Source of the DNA: Acidimicrobiia bacterium
Lineage (GTDB): Bacteria > Acidobacteriota > Vicinamibacteria > Vicinamibacterales > SCN-69-37
DNA length: 64,000 nt
Direction of reading: 5' to 3'
Assembly (NCBI GenBank): GCA_045862915.1
Contig: BTVE01000011.1
Span: 15,182 to 79,181, forward strand
In this document: positions 9,860 through 18,164 of the stretch, in pieces
How positions within the stretch are numbered: position 1 is the stretch's first letter
Layout: every line of letters starts with the position of its first letter
The notes under the pieces: model-generated
The model's database searches: none
Told to the model about the DNA's origin: nothing
Seen by the model: only the letters and a program-made list of their open reading frames with translations
Translations under genes and position numbers: made by a program

Positions 9860-11017
9860 CTACAATACCGCCAAACTCACAATCGAAAGGTTCGCCAGCA
9901 CGATCAGCCACCACGGCGCGGTTCTGGAGCCGCCAAGCAGCACATTCACGCCAACCGACAGCGGCAGCAGCACCCGGGTGAACGCACCCGGCGTGCCGTC
10001 CCAGATCACACGGTGAGCCGTCAGCGCCAGGCCGGCAAAGACCCACGCGATGAGCAGCCAGTCGAGCGACAGGGTTCGATGCCGGACCCATTCCCGCGTG
10101 CACCACACGAGCGCGGCCAGCTGTCCGAACAGCGCCAGCACCGTGGCCGCCGTGATCGCGGCGGGACCGGTCAACCCGCTCCCGGCCACCAGATCAATCG
10201 TCATTCGAACCTTCCACAGCAGGCCCACCAGCGGCACGGTGATGTGTCCGCCACCGGCAAACACATGCTGGCCGTAGATCGACCGCAGGTAGTCCAGCCA
10301 CAACGCGAGTGGAAGGATGCACAGGATCAGCCGCGCGCCGACACCGAGCACGGATCTCAGATCCGCCCGCATCTTCCGCAGCAGCACCACACCCGCGGCG
10401 ATGTTGGTCTCACGCGCAAGCCCCGAGATGCCAATCACCAGCGCCGACCACCACGATCGCCGTCGTTCGACCAGGGCAATCGCGACTGCCATCAGCAACA
10501 CGCTTGGTCCATCGGTCAGCGCGTGGCGGATGGACATGACCCACCCGTGGCCGACAAGCACCCCTGCCCACAACACGAACATCCGTGCATCGGTGGGTGG
10601 CAGCCACCGCGTCAGGAGCCACGCCATTACCAGCCACGCGACGATGTTGATCCAGGCAAAGGCCTCGAGTCGCGCGGCCGCGCCGCCCCCGGGAGTGATC
10701 GCCCAGGCGATCCACGACAGCAATACCCGATGGGCGCGGTACCCGGGATTGTCGAGCGCGCGATCGATGTCGGGATCCCGCAGCAGCGGATCCACCGCCA
10801 TCTGCGCATAGAACTGGCCGTCGTAGCCGACATCCTCCTCGTTATGCGCGTGGTCGGTGGCACGCACGGCCGGCAGCTCCCAGTCATGACTGTTGGCCGG
10901 CAGGCTCAGCAGCACCGTCAGGCCCGTGCGCTGGTCGTAATATGAACCGACGATGGCGAGGACGCAGAGGATGACCAGGGCGTACGCCGCCTTCCACCGA
11001 TTCGCGCCCGGCATCAC
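9860..11017 (-). CDS. Polytopic membrane protein, shorter paralogue of the 2636-4639 product
   Basis: 385 aa with ~9-10 hydrophobic helices. It has the motif GYDGQFYAQMAVDPLLRDPDIDRALDNPGYRAHRVLLSW, which aligns with the same motif in the 667-aa protein. Confidence 0.6.
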   Translation of the reverse strand: MMPGANRWKAAYALVILCVLAIVGSYYDQRTGLTVLLSLPANSHDWELPAVRATDHAHNEEDVGYDGQFYAQMAVDPLLRDPDIDRALDNPGYRAHRVLLSWIAWAITPGGGAAARLEAFAWINIVAWLVMAWLLTRWLPPTDARMFVLWAGVLVGHGWVMSIRHALTDGPSVLLMAVAIALVERRRSWWSALVIGISGLARETNIAAGVVLLRKMRADLRSVLGVGARLILCILPLALWLDYLRSIYGQHVFAGGGHITVPLVGLLWKVRMTIDLVAGSGLTGPAAITAATVLALFGQLAALVWCTREWVRHRTLSLDWLLIAWVFAGLALTAHRVIWDGTPGAFTRVLLPLSVGVNVLLGGSRTAPWWLIVLANLSIVSLAVL

Positions 11018-11531
11018 CCCGACATGCTACCTCGCCGGCCTCTGGCTGCTCGTGTCGGTGTCGGCCTGTGCACCACAGGCGGAACGCCGGCCGGACGTCG
11101 ACCTGCTCACCACATTGGAAGGCGCCGAGAAGCGCGCCGGTGGCAACCCTGATGTGGCCATTCGTATGGAACTGGCCGGACCGGAGGGCGACCTTCGGCC
11201 ATCCCTGACTCTGCGCGCGCCGGCACGCGTCACCTGGACGCTGTATCTGCCCGAGCACTCCAGGTGGCAGTCCGCGGTGTGGGGAGCCGGCCGGCTCCGC
11301 GTCGGACTGTCCAACGGCCGGTCATACCACGAGCTGGCGCGTCGCACGGCGACCGAACGTTGGGACGAGCTCGATGTGGACCTGCGCGAGTATTCCGAGT
11401 GGAAACTCAGCGTGTTCTACCAGCCGCTGCGGACCGAATGGCGGCTGATCATCAATGCCGACGCGTTAACGCCAGACGGCGAGAGCCGCCTGGCGCTTGA
11501 TCGACCACGCCTGATCTCGGCGCCCCGCTGA
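10953..11531 (+). CDS. Hypothetical protein, possible lipoprotein (start uncertain)
   Basis: 192-aa ORF with a lipobox-like LLVSVSAC after a basic N-region. It has no recognisable domain. Its 5' end overlaps the divergent gene's 5' end by 47-65 bp, depending on the start chosen. Confidence 0.4.
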   Translation: MARTQRMTRAYAAFHRFAPGITPTCYLAGLWLLVSVSACAPQAERRPDVDLLTTLEGAEKRAGGNPDVAIRMELAGPEGDLRPSLTLRAPARVTWTLYLPEHSRWQSAVWGAGRLRVGLSNGRSYHELARRTATERWDELDVDLREYSEWKLSVFYQPLRTEWRLIINADALTPDGESRLALDRPRLISAPR

Positions 11532-11537
11532 CGCCGA

Positions 11538-13571
11538 CTACCAGATGCGGACGCGTTTATCGGGCGCGACGTAGAGCTTGTCGCCGGGCTTGACGCCAAA
11601 CGCCTCGTAGAACGCGTCAATGTTCGACAGCGGTGCGTTGGCGCGGAACTCCGCCGGCGCGTGGGGATCCGCCATCACCTGATTGCGCAGGTACTCGTCG
11701 CGTGCCTTCGTGCGCCACGCCTGCGCCCACCCCATGAAGAAGCGCTGGTCACCGGTCAGGCCATCGATGACCGGCGACGGCTTACCCGCCAGGGAGATCT
11801 TCCACGCCTTGTAGGCGATCGACAGGCCGCCGAGATCGCCGATGTTCTCTCCCAGCGTGAGCTCGCCGTTGACCTTGACGCCGGGCAGCGGGCTCAACGC
11901 GTTGAACTGCTCGACCAGCATCTTCGCGCGCTTCTGGAACTCGGTTTCATCGGCGGGTGTCCACCAGTCGCGCAGCGCGCCCGTGCCATCGAAGCGCCGG
12001 CCCTGGTCGTCGAAGCCATGCCCGATTTCATGGCCGATCACGGCGCCAATTGCGCCGTAGTTCACGGCATCGTCGGCAGCCATGTCGAAGAACGGAGCCT
12101 GCAGGATGGCGGCGGGGAACACAATCTCGTTCTTGACCGGGTTGTAGTACGCATTCACCGTCTGCGGCGACATCAACCACTCTTCACGGTCGACCGGCCG
12201 GCTGAGTTTGCCGATCTGGTACTCGTGTTCGAGCTGGGCCGCGCGCTGCAGATTGCCCAGCAGATCATCGGCAGACACCTTCAGCGAGCTGTAGTCGCGC
12301 CACTGGTTCGGGTAGCCGATCTTGCCCGTGAACTTCGAGAGTTTGACCAGCGCTTCCTTGCGTGTGGCCTCGGTCATCCAGTCCAGCGACGTGATGGACT
12401 GCCGGTACGCCTCGATGAGGTTGTTGATCATCGATTCCATGCGCGCCTTGGCGGCCGCCGGAAAATGACGCTCCACGTAGAGCTGCCCCAGCGCCTCGCT
12501 CATGCTGCCGTTGACCACCTGCACGCCGCGCTTCCAGCGCGCGCGCTGCGCCTGCTGACCGTTGAGCGTGCGGCCAAAGAAGTCAAAGCGCGCCTCCACA
12601 AACGCGTCGCTCAGATACGGCGCCGACATCGTGATGTACTGCGCCGCCACCCATGCCTTCCACGTGGACATCGGCACGGTGGGCACCATCGCGGCGAAAC
12701 TCTTGAAGAACGACGGCTGACCGACGATCACTTCGGGGGTCTTGTCGATGCCCTGCGCCGTGGCCCAGCCCATCCAGTCGAAACCCGGCATCTCGGTCAC
12801 GAGTTTGCCGAGCGCCATCTTGTTGTACGTCTTCACCGCATCGCGGCTCTCGACGTTGGTCCACTGAATCTTTGCGAGCTGCGTTTCGAGATCGAGCACG
12901 GCCTTGGCCGATGCCGCAGGCTCGGGCCGGCCTGCCAGCGTGAAGATCTTCTCCAGGTAGGCCGCGTACTTGGATCGGATCTCCACGAACTTGGGATCGT
13001 CGAGCAGGTAAAAGTCGCGATCGGGCAACGCCGTGCCGCCCTGGAAGAGATACAACGCGACCTTGTTGGGGTCACCGGCGTCGGCGTCGATGAAGCCGCC
13101 CACAGGCCCTGGCAGTCCCATGACCGACAGCTCGCCGATCACGCGCGCCAGTTCCGCCGGCGTACCAATCGCGTCAATCTGCGCCAGCGCCGGAGTCAGA
13201 GGCTTGGCCCCGAGTTCATTCAGGCGCGCTTCGTTCGAGAAGCTGGCAAACAGGTCGCCTACCTGCTGGGCAATGGATCCGGGCGACTTGTTGGGATCAC
13301 CCGAGAGCCGTTCGATGATGGCGTAGAGATCCGCTTCGGCCTTGTCGGCCAGCTGGACGAACGTGCCGGCAATGGGGCGATCCGCGGGAATCTCGGTGGC
13401 CGCGAGCCAGCCACCGTTGACATGCCTGAACAGGTCATCCTGCGGACGCACGCTCTTGTCGAACGTGGTCATGTCCAAGCCCGACCTGACGCCGGTGGCC
13501 GGAGCCTGCTGGGCGGAGACCGCCGCAATCAACCCGCAGAAAATGAACGCCGTGATCCATCGCTGAGCCAT
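11538..13571 (-). CDS. M13 family zinc metallopeptidase (PepO / endothelin-converting-enzyme-like)
   Basis: 677 aa with a signal peptide. Motifs: NAYYNP, HEXXH as VIGHEIGHGFDD, GENIGDLGG, and C-terminal RVRIW. Confidence 0.88.
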   Translation of the reverse strand: MAQRWITAFIFCGLIAAVSAQQAPATGVRSGLDMTTFDKSVRPQDDLFRHVNGGWLAATEIPADRPIAGTFVQLADKAEADLYAIIERLSGDPNKSPGSIAQQVGDLFASFSNEARLNELGAKPLTPALAQIDAIGTPAELARVIGELSVMGLPGPVGGFIDADAGDPNKVALYLFQGGTALPDRDFYLLDDPKFVEIRSKYAAYLEKIFTLAGRPEPAASAKAVLDLETQLAKIQWTNVESRDAVKTYNKMALGKLVTEMPGFDWMGWATAQGIDKTPEVIVGQPSFFKSFAAMVPTVPMSTWKAWVAAQYITMSAPYLSDAFVEARFDFFGRTLNGQQAQRARWKRGVQVVNGSMSEALGQLYVERHFPAAAKARMESMINNLIEAYRQSITSLDWMTEATRKEALVKLSKFTGKIGYPNQWRDYSSLKVSADDLLGNLQRAAQLEHEYQIGKLSRPVDREEWLMSPQTVNAYYNPVKNEIVFPAAILQAPFFDMAADDAVNYGAIGAVIGHEIGHGFDDQGRRFDGTGALRDWWTPADETEFQKRAKMLVEQFNALSPLPGVKVNGELTLGENIGDLGGLSIAYKAWKISLAGKPSPVIDGLTGDQRFFMGWAQAWRTKARDEYLRNQVMADPHAPAEFRANAPLSNIDAFYEAFGVKPGDKLYVAPDKRVRIW

Positions 13572-13580
13572 GGATCGAGT

Positions 13581-14885
13581 CTAGCTGTTCTCTGGCGCCT
13601 CACGGAACTCTGCCAGGACCTCCCTGGCGCCATGCCCCCGCACTGCCGTGACCGTCAGGCGAAACGGCCCGTACTCGACCGAGTCACCCACAACCGGGGG
13701 CCGGTCCAGGATGGCCATCACGAGGCCGCTCACGCTGTCCACCTCTTCGTGCTGGAGCTCGACGTCGAAGTGCTGCCCGAGCTCGTCAAGGCGCAAGGTG
13801 CCGGCGACCCGGGCGCTGGCGGCATCCACCGGCACGATGCTCGGCGACGCAGGGACGCCTTCATCAATTTCGCCGACCACCTCTTCGGCGAGGTCTTCAA
13901 GACTGAGCACACCCGCCGTGCCGCCGTGTTCATCCACGACCAGCGCCATATGTGCATGCGCCCGCTGCATCGTCGTCAGCACATCGTCGAGAGCGGCTGT
14001 TTCGGGGACAACGGGCATCGTGCGGACGTCAGACGGACCGATGCGCTCCTCGAGCATCAGCCGGCGCAGCAGGTCTTTCACGTGCAACATGCCGACGATG
14101 TGATCGAGATCGCCGTCGAAGACCGGATACCGCGTGTGGCGATGCGTCAGCACAAGCCTGCGGATCTCCGCGGGACCAGCGCCGACCGGAATGCCGACGA
14201 CGCGCACGCGAGGCACCATGACTTCGCCCGCGGACCGATCGCCAAACTCGAACAACTCACGCACGAGGCGTCCAGCTTCCTTGCCCAACGCGCCACCGGC
14301 CTGACTTTCCTCCACGATGAGCTGCAGCTCTTCAGGAGAGTACGACTCTTCGCGTGTGTGCGTCTGCCTGCGGATGCCCACCATTCGGAGCAGCAGCGCG
14401 CCCAGCGAGTCGAGGCCGACGACAAACGGATAGCCCAGGCGCAGCAGCCACTGCATCGGCCAGAAGACGGCGCGTGCGGTGCCTTCCGAGTGGCTGAGCG
14501 CGAGCGCCTTCGGGATCATCTCTCCCAGAAAGATGTGGAGGTAGGTGAGCGCACCGACCGCGAGCACGCTGGCGCCGACGTGTGCAGAGATGGGGCCGGC
14601 CTCGCCAAGGAACGTGAGCCGCGGCTCGAGCCATTCCGCCAGCGAGTGTTCGCCGTACATGCCGAGGCCCAGGCTGGCCACCGTGATGCCCAGTTGTGCT
14701 GTAGCGATGAAGCGGTCGCGTCCCTGGGCAGACTGCAGCAGGGACAACAGCCGGGCTGACAGCCCGTCGCCCTGATTGGCACGCGCCTCGACGGACGTGC
14801 GCGGGACCGCAACGATGGCAAACTCCGCGGCGACAAACAGCGCGTTCGCGAGCAGCAGAAGCGCGACGACGACCACGACGGTCAT
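13581..14885 (-). CDS. CNNM (DUF21)-CBS-CorC_HlyC family transporter-associated protein (hemolysin/TlyC-like)
   Basis: 434 aa. N-terminal 4-TM DUF21 region (AEFAIVAV...LGITVASLGLG), a tandem CBS pair (VMVPRVRVVGI, YPVFDGDLDHIVGMLHVKDL), and a C-terminal CorC/HlyC-like domain (GTLRLDELGQHF). Confidence 0.85.
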   Translation of the reverse strand: MTVVVVVALLLLANALFVAAEFAIVAVPRTSVEARANQGDGLSARLLSLLQSAQGRDRFIATAQLGITVASLGLGMYGEHSLAEWLEPRLTFLGEAGPISAHVGASVLAVGALTYLHIFLGEMIPKALALSHSEGTARAVFWPMQWLLRLGYPFVVGLDSLGALLLRMVGIRRQTHTREESYSPEELQLIVEESQAGGALGKEAGRLVRELFEFGDRSAGEVMVPRVRVVGIPVGAGPAEIRRLVLTHRHTRYPVFDGDLDHIVGMLHVKDLLRRLMLEERIGPSDVRTMPVVPETAALDDVLTTMQRAHAHMALVVDEHGGTAGVLSLEDLAEEVVGEIDEGVPASPSIVPVDAASARVAGTLRLDELGQHFDVELQHEEVDSVSGLVMAILDRPPVVGDSVEYGPFRLTVTAVRGHGAREVLAEFREAPENS

Positions 14886-15916
14886 GCGCCACCTCCGCCG
14901 AGGAATTCGGCCAGCACGTCCTGGATGGTGATGAGGCCCAGCGGCGCGTTGTGGTCGTCAACCACGATGGCCTGGTGCGCGCGCCGTTCACGCAGGAGCG
15001 CAATGATGCGATCGGCGGCGAGGGTCGCGGGAATGCGCACCAGCGGACGCGTGAGAGCCGGCAACTCCGGCGGTTCACCTTCAAGGACGAACTGTCGCAG
15101 CAGGTCCTTCACGCGCAGCGTGCCGAGGATGTTGTCTGGTGTATCTCGATAAACCGGCAGGCGACTGTAGGGGCTCGCCGCCACCACGCGCACGACTTCC
15201 GGCCAGGGCGTATCGGCCCGCAGCATCGTCAGTTGTCCGAGCGGCACCATCAGGTCCCGGGCCGACCGCACGCCCAGCCGCAGCGCTCGATGCAGGCGCT
15301 GCTGTTCGTCGGGTTCGAGAAGACCGCCGTCACGGCTTTCGACCAGCAACATCTCGATTTCTTCGGGCGAGTGGATGTGGCGATGGCCGCCGCCGCCCAG
15401 ACCGAACAGGCGCAGCAGGGCCGTCGCCGAGCCGTTGACCAGTGCCAGGAACGGGCGGAAGGCCGCCAGTGACCACCGCATCGGCAGCACCGTGGCCAGA
15501 GCGACCTGGGTGGGGAACTGAAGGGCGAGAGACTTGGGGACCAGTTCGCCGACCACGACCTGCGCGACGGTCAATGTGAGCAGGACGGCGATGGCCGTTG
15601 CCGAGGCGGCCGCTTCGGCGTCGAGGCCAAACCGGGCGGCGACTGTTGGCGCCAGTGCCACGGCAATCGTGGCCTGGGCAAACGCGCCGAGCACCAGGCT
15701 CGAGAGTGTGATGCCGATTTGTGAGACGCCGACGTACCGGTCGAGCTGCTGGGCGTCGTCGACCACCGGCAGCAGGTGACGCGCGAACCAGTTGCCCTCT
15801 TCGACCAGCTGGCGGATGCGGCTGCGACGGACGCCGACGGCGGCGAACTCGCCGGCCACATAAAGGGCGTTGATCAGGATGAGCAGCAGGATGACTGCCC
15901 ACACGGCCGCAGACAT
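14882..15916 (-). CDS. CNNM (DUF21)-CBS domain protein, paralogue of the downstream gene and lacking the CorC_HlyC tail
   Basis: 344 aa with the same DUF21 membrane core (GEFAAVGVRRSRI...QIGITLSSLVLG) plus a CBS pair. It has a 4-bp overlap with the next gene. Confidence 0.8.
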   Translation of the reverse strand: MSAAVWAVILLLILINALYVAGEFAAVGVRRSRIRQLVEEGNWFARHLLPVVDDAQQLDRYVGVSQIGITLSSLVLGAFAQATIAVALAPTVAARFGLDAEAAASATAIAVLLTLTVAQVVVGELVPKSLALQFPTQVALATVLPMRWSLAAFRPFLALVNGSATALLRLFGLGGGGHRHIHSPEEIEMLLVESRDGGLLEPDEQQRLHRALRLGVRSARDLMVPLGQLTMLRADTPWPEVVRVVAASPYSRLPVYRDTPDNILGTLRVKDLLRQFVLEGEPPELPALTRPLVRIPATLAADRIIALLRERRAHQAIVVDDHNAPLGLITIQDVLAEFLGGGGA

Positions 15917-15952
15917 GCAGGAACTAGTCTATAGTCCGCGGACGGGGGCTCG

Positions 15953-16008
15953 AAGTTCCGGGGTGCCGGAGTTCCGGGGTGCCGAAGTCCCGAAGTTCCG
16001 AAGTGCCG
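15953..16008 (+). repeat. Tandem array of seven 8-bp units, consensus RRGTKCCG
   Basis: Units: aagttccg gggtgccg gagttccg gggtgccg aagtcccg aagttccg aagtgccg. The array lies in the divergent intergenic region between the CNNM operon start (15916) and mscL (16028), ending ~10 nt before the GGAGGGGGAG ribosome-binding region. Confidence 0.85.
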
Positions 16009-16027
16009 GCGTGCTGGAGGGGGAGAG

Positions 16028-16375
16028 ATGTTCAGCGAGTTCAAGACGTTCATTGACAAGGGGAACGCCATCGACCTGGCGGTGGGTGTGGTGATTGGCG
16101 CGGCGTTCGGCAAGATCGTGAACTCGCTGGTGGCCGACGTGATCATGCCGCTGGTGGGGCTGTTGACGGGCGGCGTGGATTTCTCCAACCGGTTTGTCGT
16201 GCTGGGCGAAGGCCAATTTGCCACGCTGGCCGATGCCCGGGCGGCAAACGTGCCCGTGCTGGCCTATGGGTCGTTCATCAACACGGTTGTGGAGTTTGCG
16301 ATCGTGGCGTTTGCGATCTTCCTGGTCGTGCGGCAGATCAACAAGCTCCGCGGGGCCAAGGCCGAAGCGGCGTGA
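16028..16375 (+). CDS. mscL: Large-conductance mechanosensitive channel
   Basis: 115 aa. N-terminus is [44 protein letters not shown], followed by a second TM helix and a basic tail. Confidence 0.93.
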   Translation: MFSEFKTFIDKGNAIDLAVGVVIGAAFGKIVNSLVADVIMPLVGLLTGGVDFSNRFVVLGEGQFATLADARAANVPVLAYGSFINTVVEFAIVAFAIFLVVRQINKLRGAKAEAA

Positions 16376-16378
16376 ACC

Positions 16379-16403
16379 CGTGGGGCGGACCTTCAGGTCC
16401 GCC
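16379..16403 (+). repeat. REP-like hairpin element (also a plausible mscL terminator stem)
   Basis: GTGGGGCGGACC-TTCA-GGTCCGCC has a perfect 8-bp stem (16384-16391 / 16396-16403), 4 nt after the mscL stop. It belongs to the same family as the elements at 16409, 55024, 61072 and 61521. Confidence 0.6.
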
Positions 16404-16408
16404 GAGAC

Positions 16409-16432
16409 GGCGGGTCTAACCACCCGCCCTAC
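16409..16432 (-). repeat. REP-like hairpin element, inverted relative to the 16379 copy
   Basis: GGCGGGT-CTAACC-ACCCGCC-CTAC. The reverse complement reads GTAGGGCGGGT...ACCCGCC, matching the family head GTAGGGCGG. Confidence 0.55.
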
Positions 16433-16502
16433 ATCTGTCTGCGAGTGTGCCGCGTCTGCTGGCTTGCCAGCCGAAGCGCCGAGCAAAGCGAGGCGCGAAG
16501 GC

Positions 16503-16596
16503 TGGCGGTGAGGCAGGGATTCGAACCCTGGGTACGGGTTTAAGCCCGTACAACGGTTTAGCAAACCGCCGCTTTCGGCCACTCAGCCACCTCACC
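16503..16596 (-). tRNA. tRNA-Ser (anticodon GCU), with encoded CCA
   Basis: The reverse complement reads GGTGAGGTGGCTGAGTGGCCGAAAGCGGCGGTTTGCTAAACCGTTGTACGGGCTTAAACCCGTACCCAGGGTTCGAATCCCTGCCTCACCGCCA. It has a 7-bp acceptor, anticodon loop TTGCTAA, a long variable arm, and a GGTTCGAATCC T-loop. Confidence 0.92.
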
Positions 16597-16656
16597 CGGC
16601 GGGCGAACCCGTAGTGTACTTCAGTTCCGGCGCGGGCCGGCCGCTACAATGCGGTC

Positions 16657-18099
16657 ATGCGTCCGCGCGTCCGTTTTGCGCCATCCCCTACCGGTTACCT
16701 GCATGTTGGCGGGGCCCGTACGGCCCTGTTCAACTGGCTCTACGCCCGGCGTCACAACGGCACGTTCATCCTGCGCATCGAAGATACCGACGTCGCCCGG
16801 TCGTCGGACGACATGGTCAGCGGCATCCTCAGCAGCATGACCTGGCTGGGCCTGACCTGGGACGAGGGGCCCGGCGTCGGCGGTCCACATGCGCCCTACT
16901 TTCAGACCGAGCGCCTCGACAAATACCGCGCGGCGGCCGACCGGCTGGTTGAGTCCGGCCACGCCTACTACTGCTACTGCAGCCCGGACGAGTTGAAAGC
17001 CAAACGCGAAGCCGCCGAAGCTGCCGGCACGGCGTGGAAGTACGACCGCGCCTGCCTGGAACTGTCGGCCGACGAGATTGCCGGCCGTGAGGCCGCCGGT
17101 CAGCCCCGCGCCATCCGCTTCCAGGTGCCCGCCGGGTTCACGGCCTTCAACGACGAGGTGCGCGGCCACATCGAGTTCGCGCGCGAACACATCGACGACT
17201 TCGTCATCGTCCGCTCCGACGGCTTTCCGACGTATCACCTCTCGGTCGTGGTTGATGACGTCGAGATGGAGATCACCCATGTCGTGCGCGGCGACGATCA
17301 CATCTCGAACACGCCGAAGCAGGTGCTGCTGTACGAGGCGCTGGGCGCGGCGGTGCCCCACTTCGCGCATGTGCCGCTGATCCTGGGCACCGACAAAAAG
17401 CGCCTCAGCAAACGCCACGGTGCGACGTCGGTCGGTGAATACGAGGCGCAGGGCTATCTGCCGGAAGCCATGATCAACTTCCTCGCGATGCTGGGATGGT
17501 CACCCGGGGGGAACGACGAACTCTTCTCGCGCCAGGAACTGATCGAACGCTTCACGCTGGACGGCATCTCCGGCGGCAACGCAGTCTTCAACCCCGACAA
17601 GCTCGACTGGTTCAACCAGCAGCACATCATCCGGCTTGCCAATGACGAGGTGTTACACCGGATTCAGACGGAATTGCGCCAGGCTGGACTGTGGCGCGAC
17701 ACGTTGCTCAACGCTGAGCTGGAATGGTGCGGCCGTGTGCTCGACCTGCTGAAGCCTCGGGCTCGCAAACTTGCGGACCTCGTGCCGGCACTGCAGCCAT
17801 TTCTGGGCGACGTCGGCACGTACGACGAGGCGGCGGTCGCGAAGCACCTTTCGGCAGAGGCGCGTCCGCACCTCGCTGCGTGGGCTGATGTGGTCGCGCT
17901 GTTGCCGTCGCTTGATCCTGCGCCGACCGAAGCGGCGCTGCGCTCACTGGCCGAGCAACGCGGCATCAAGCCGGGCATCCTCATCCATGGCACACGGGTC
18001 GCCGTGGTGGGGCAGAGCGTCAGTCCGGGATTATTCGAAGTCCTCGAGCTCATCGGTCGTGACACGGTCATCGAACGCCTGCGCCGTTTCGCCACGTAG
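16657..18099 (+). CDS. gltX: Glutamyl-tRNA synthetase
   Basis: 480 aa. Motifs: RVRFAPSPTGYLHVGGARTALFNWLYAR (HIGH-type), KLSKRHG (KMSKS-type as RLSKRHG), and DDVEMEITHVVRGDDH. Confidence 0.93.
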   Translation: MRPRVRFAPSPTGYLHVGGARTALFNWLYARRHNGTFILRIEDTDVARSSDDMVSGILSSMTWLGLTWDEGPGVGGPHAPYFQTERLDKYRAAADRLVESGHAYYCYCSPDELKAKREAAEAAGTAWKYDRACLELSADEIAGREAAGQPRAIRFQVPAGFTAFNDEVRGHIEFAREHIDDFVIVRSDGFPTYHLSVVVDDVEMEITHVVRGDDHISNTPKQVLLYEALGAAVPHFAHVPLILGTDKKRLSKRHGATSVGEYEAQGYLPEAMINFLAMLGWSPGGNDELFSRQELIERFTLDGISGGNAVFNPDKLDWFNQQHIIRLANDEVLHRIQTELRQAGLWRDTLLNAELEWCGRVLDLLKPRARKLADLVPALQPFLGDVGTYDEAAVAKHLSAEARPHLAAWADVVALLPSLDPAPTEAALRSLAEQRGIKPGILIHGTRVAVVGQSVSPGLFEVLELIGRDTVIERLRRFAT

Positions 18100-18107
18100 T
18101 GGCCCAC

Positions 18108-18164
18108 CATGAAGGCGTGGAGCACATGGAGCCTCAAGAAAGGAGCTTCTCCATGACCTTCATG
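18108..18164 (+). terminator. Long hairpin downstream of gltX, followed by a T-rich tract
   Basis: Outer stem CATGAAGG (18108-18115) / CCTTCATG (18157-18164) and inner stem TGGAG (18118-18122) / CTCCA (18149-18153). It is followed by TCTTGTATGTTGTGATTCTC. Confidence 0.4.

Noticed and set aside
9569-10945. 458-aa plus-strand ORF
   Set aside because: It is antisense to the tricorn-like protease 5' end and the 385-aa membrane protein. Its composition is Arg/Pro/Gln-rich and nonsensical.
11661-14759. 1032-aa ORF on the plus strand
   Set aside because: It runs antisense to three well-supported genes (the M13 peptidase and both CNNM/CBS genes). Its composition is Arg/Ala/Gly/His-rich low complexity with no motifs, typical of shadow ORFs in high-GC DNA.
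15929-16582. 217-aa minus-strand ORF
   Set aside because: It is antisense to mscL and reads through the 8-mer array, the REP hairpins and the tRNA-Ser(GCU) gene.
16642-16659. TACAAT 6 nt upstream of the gltX ATG, suggesting a leaderless gltX mRNA
   Set aside because: There is no matching -35 element, and a single hexamer is weak evidence. It is worth checking only if TSS data exist.
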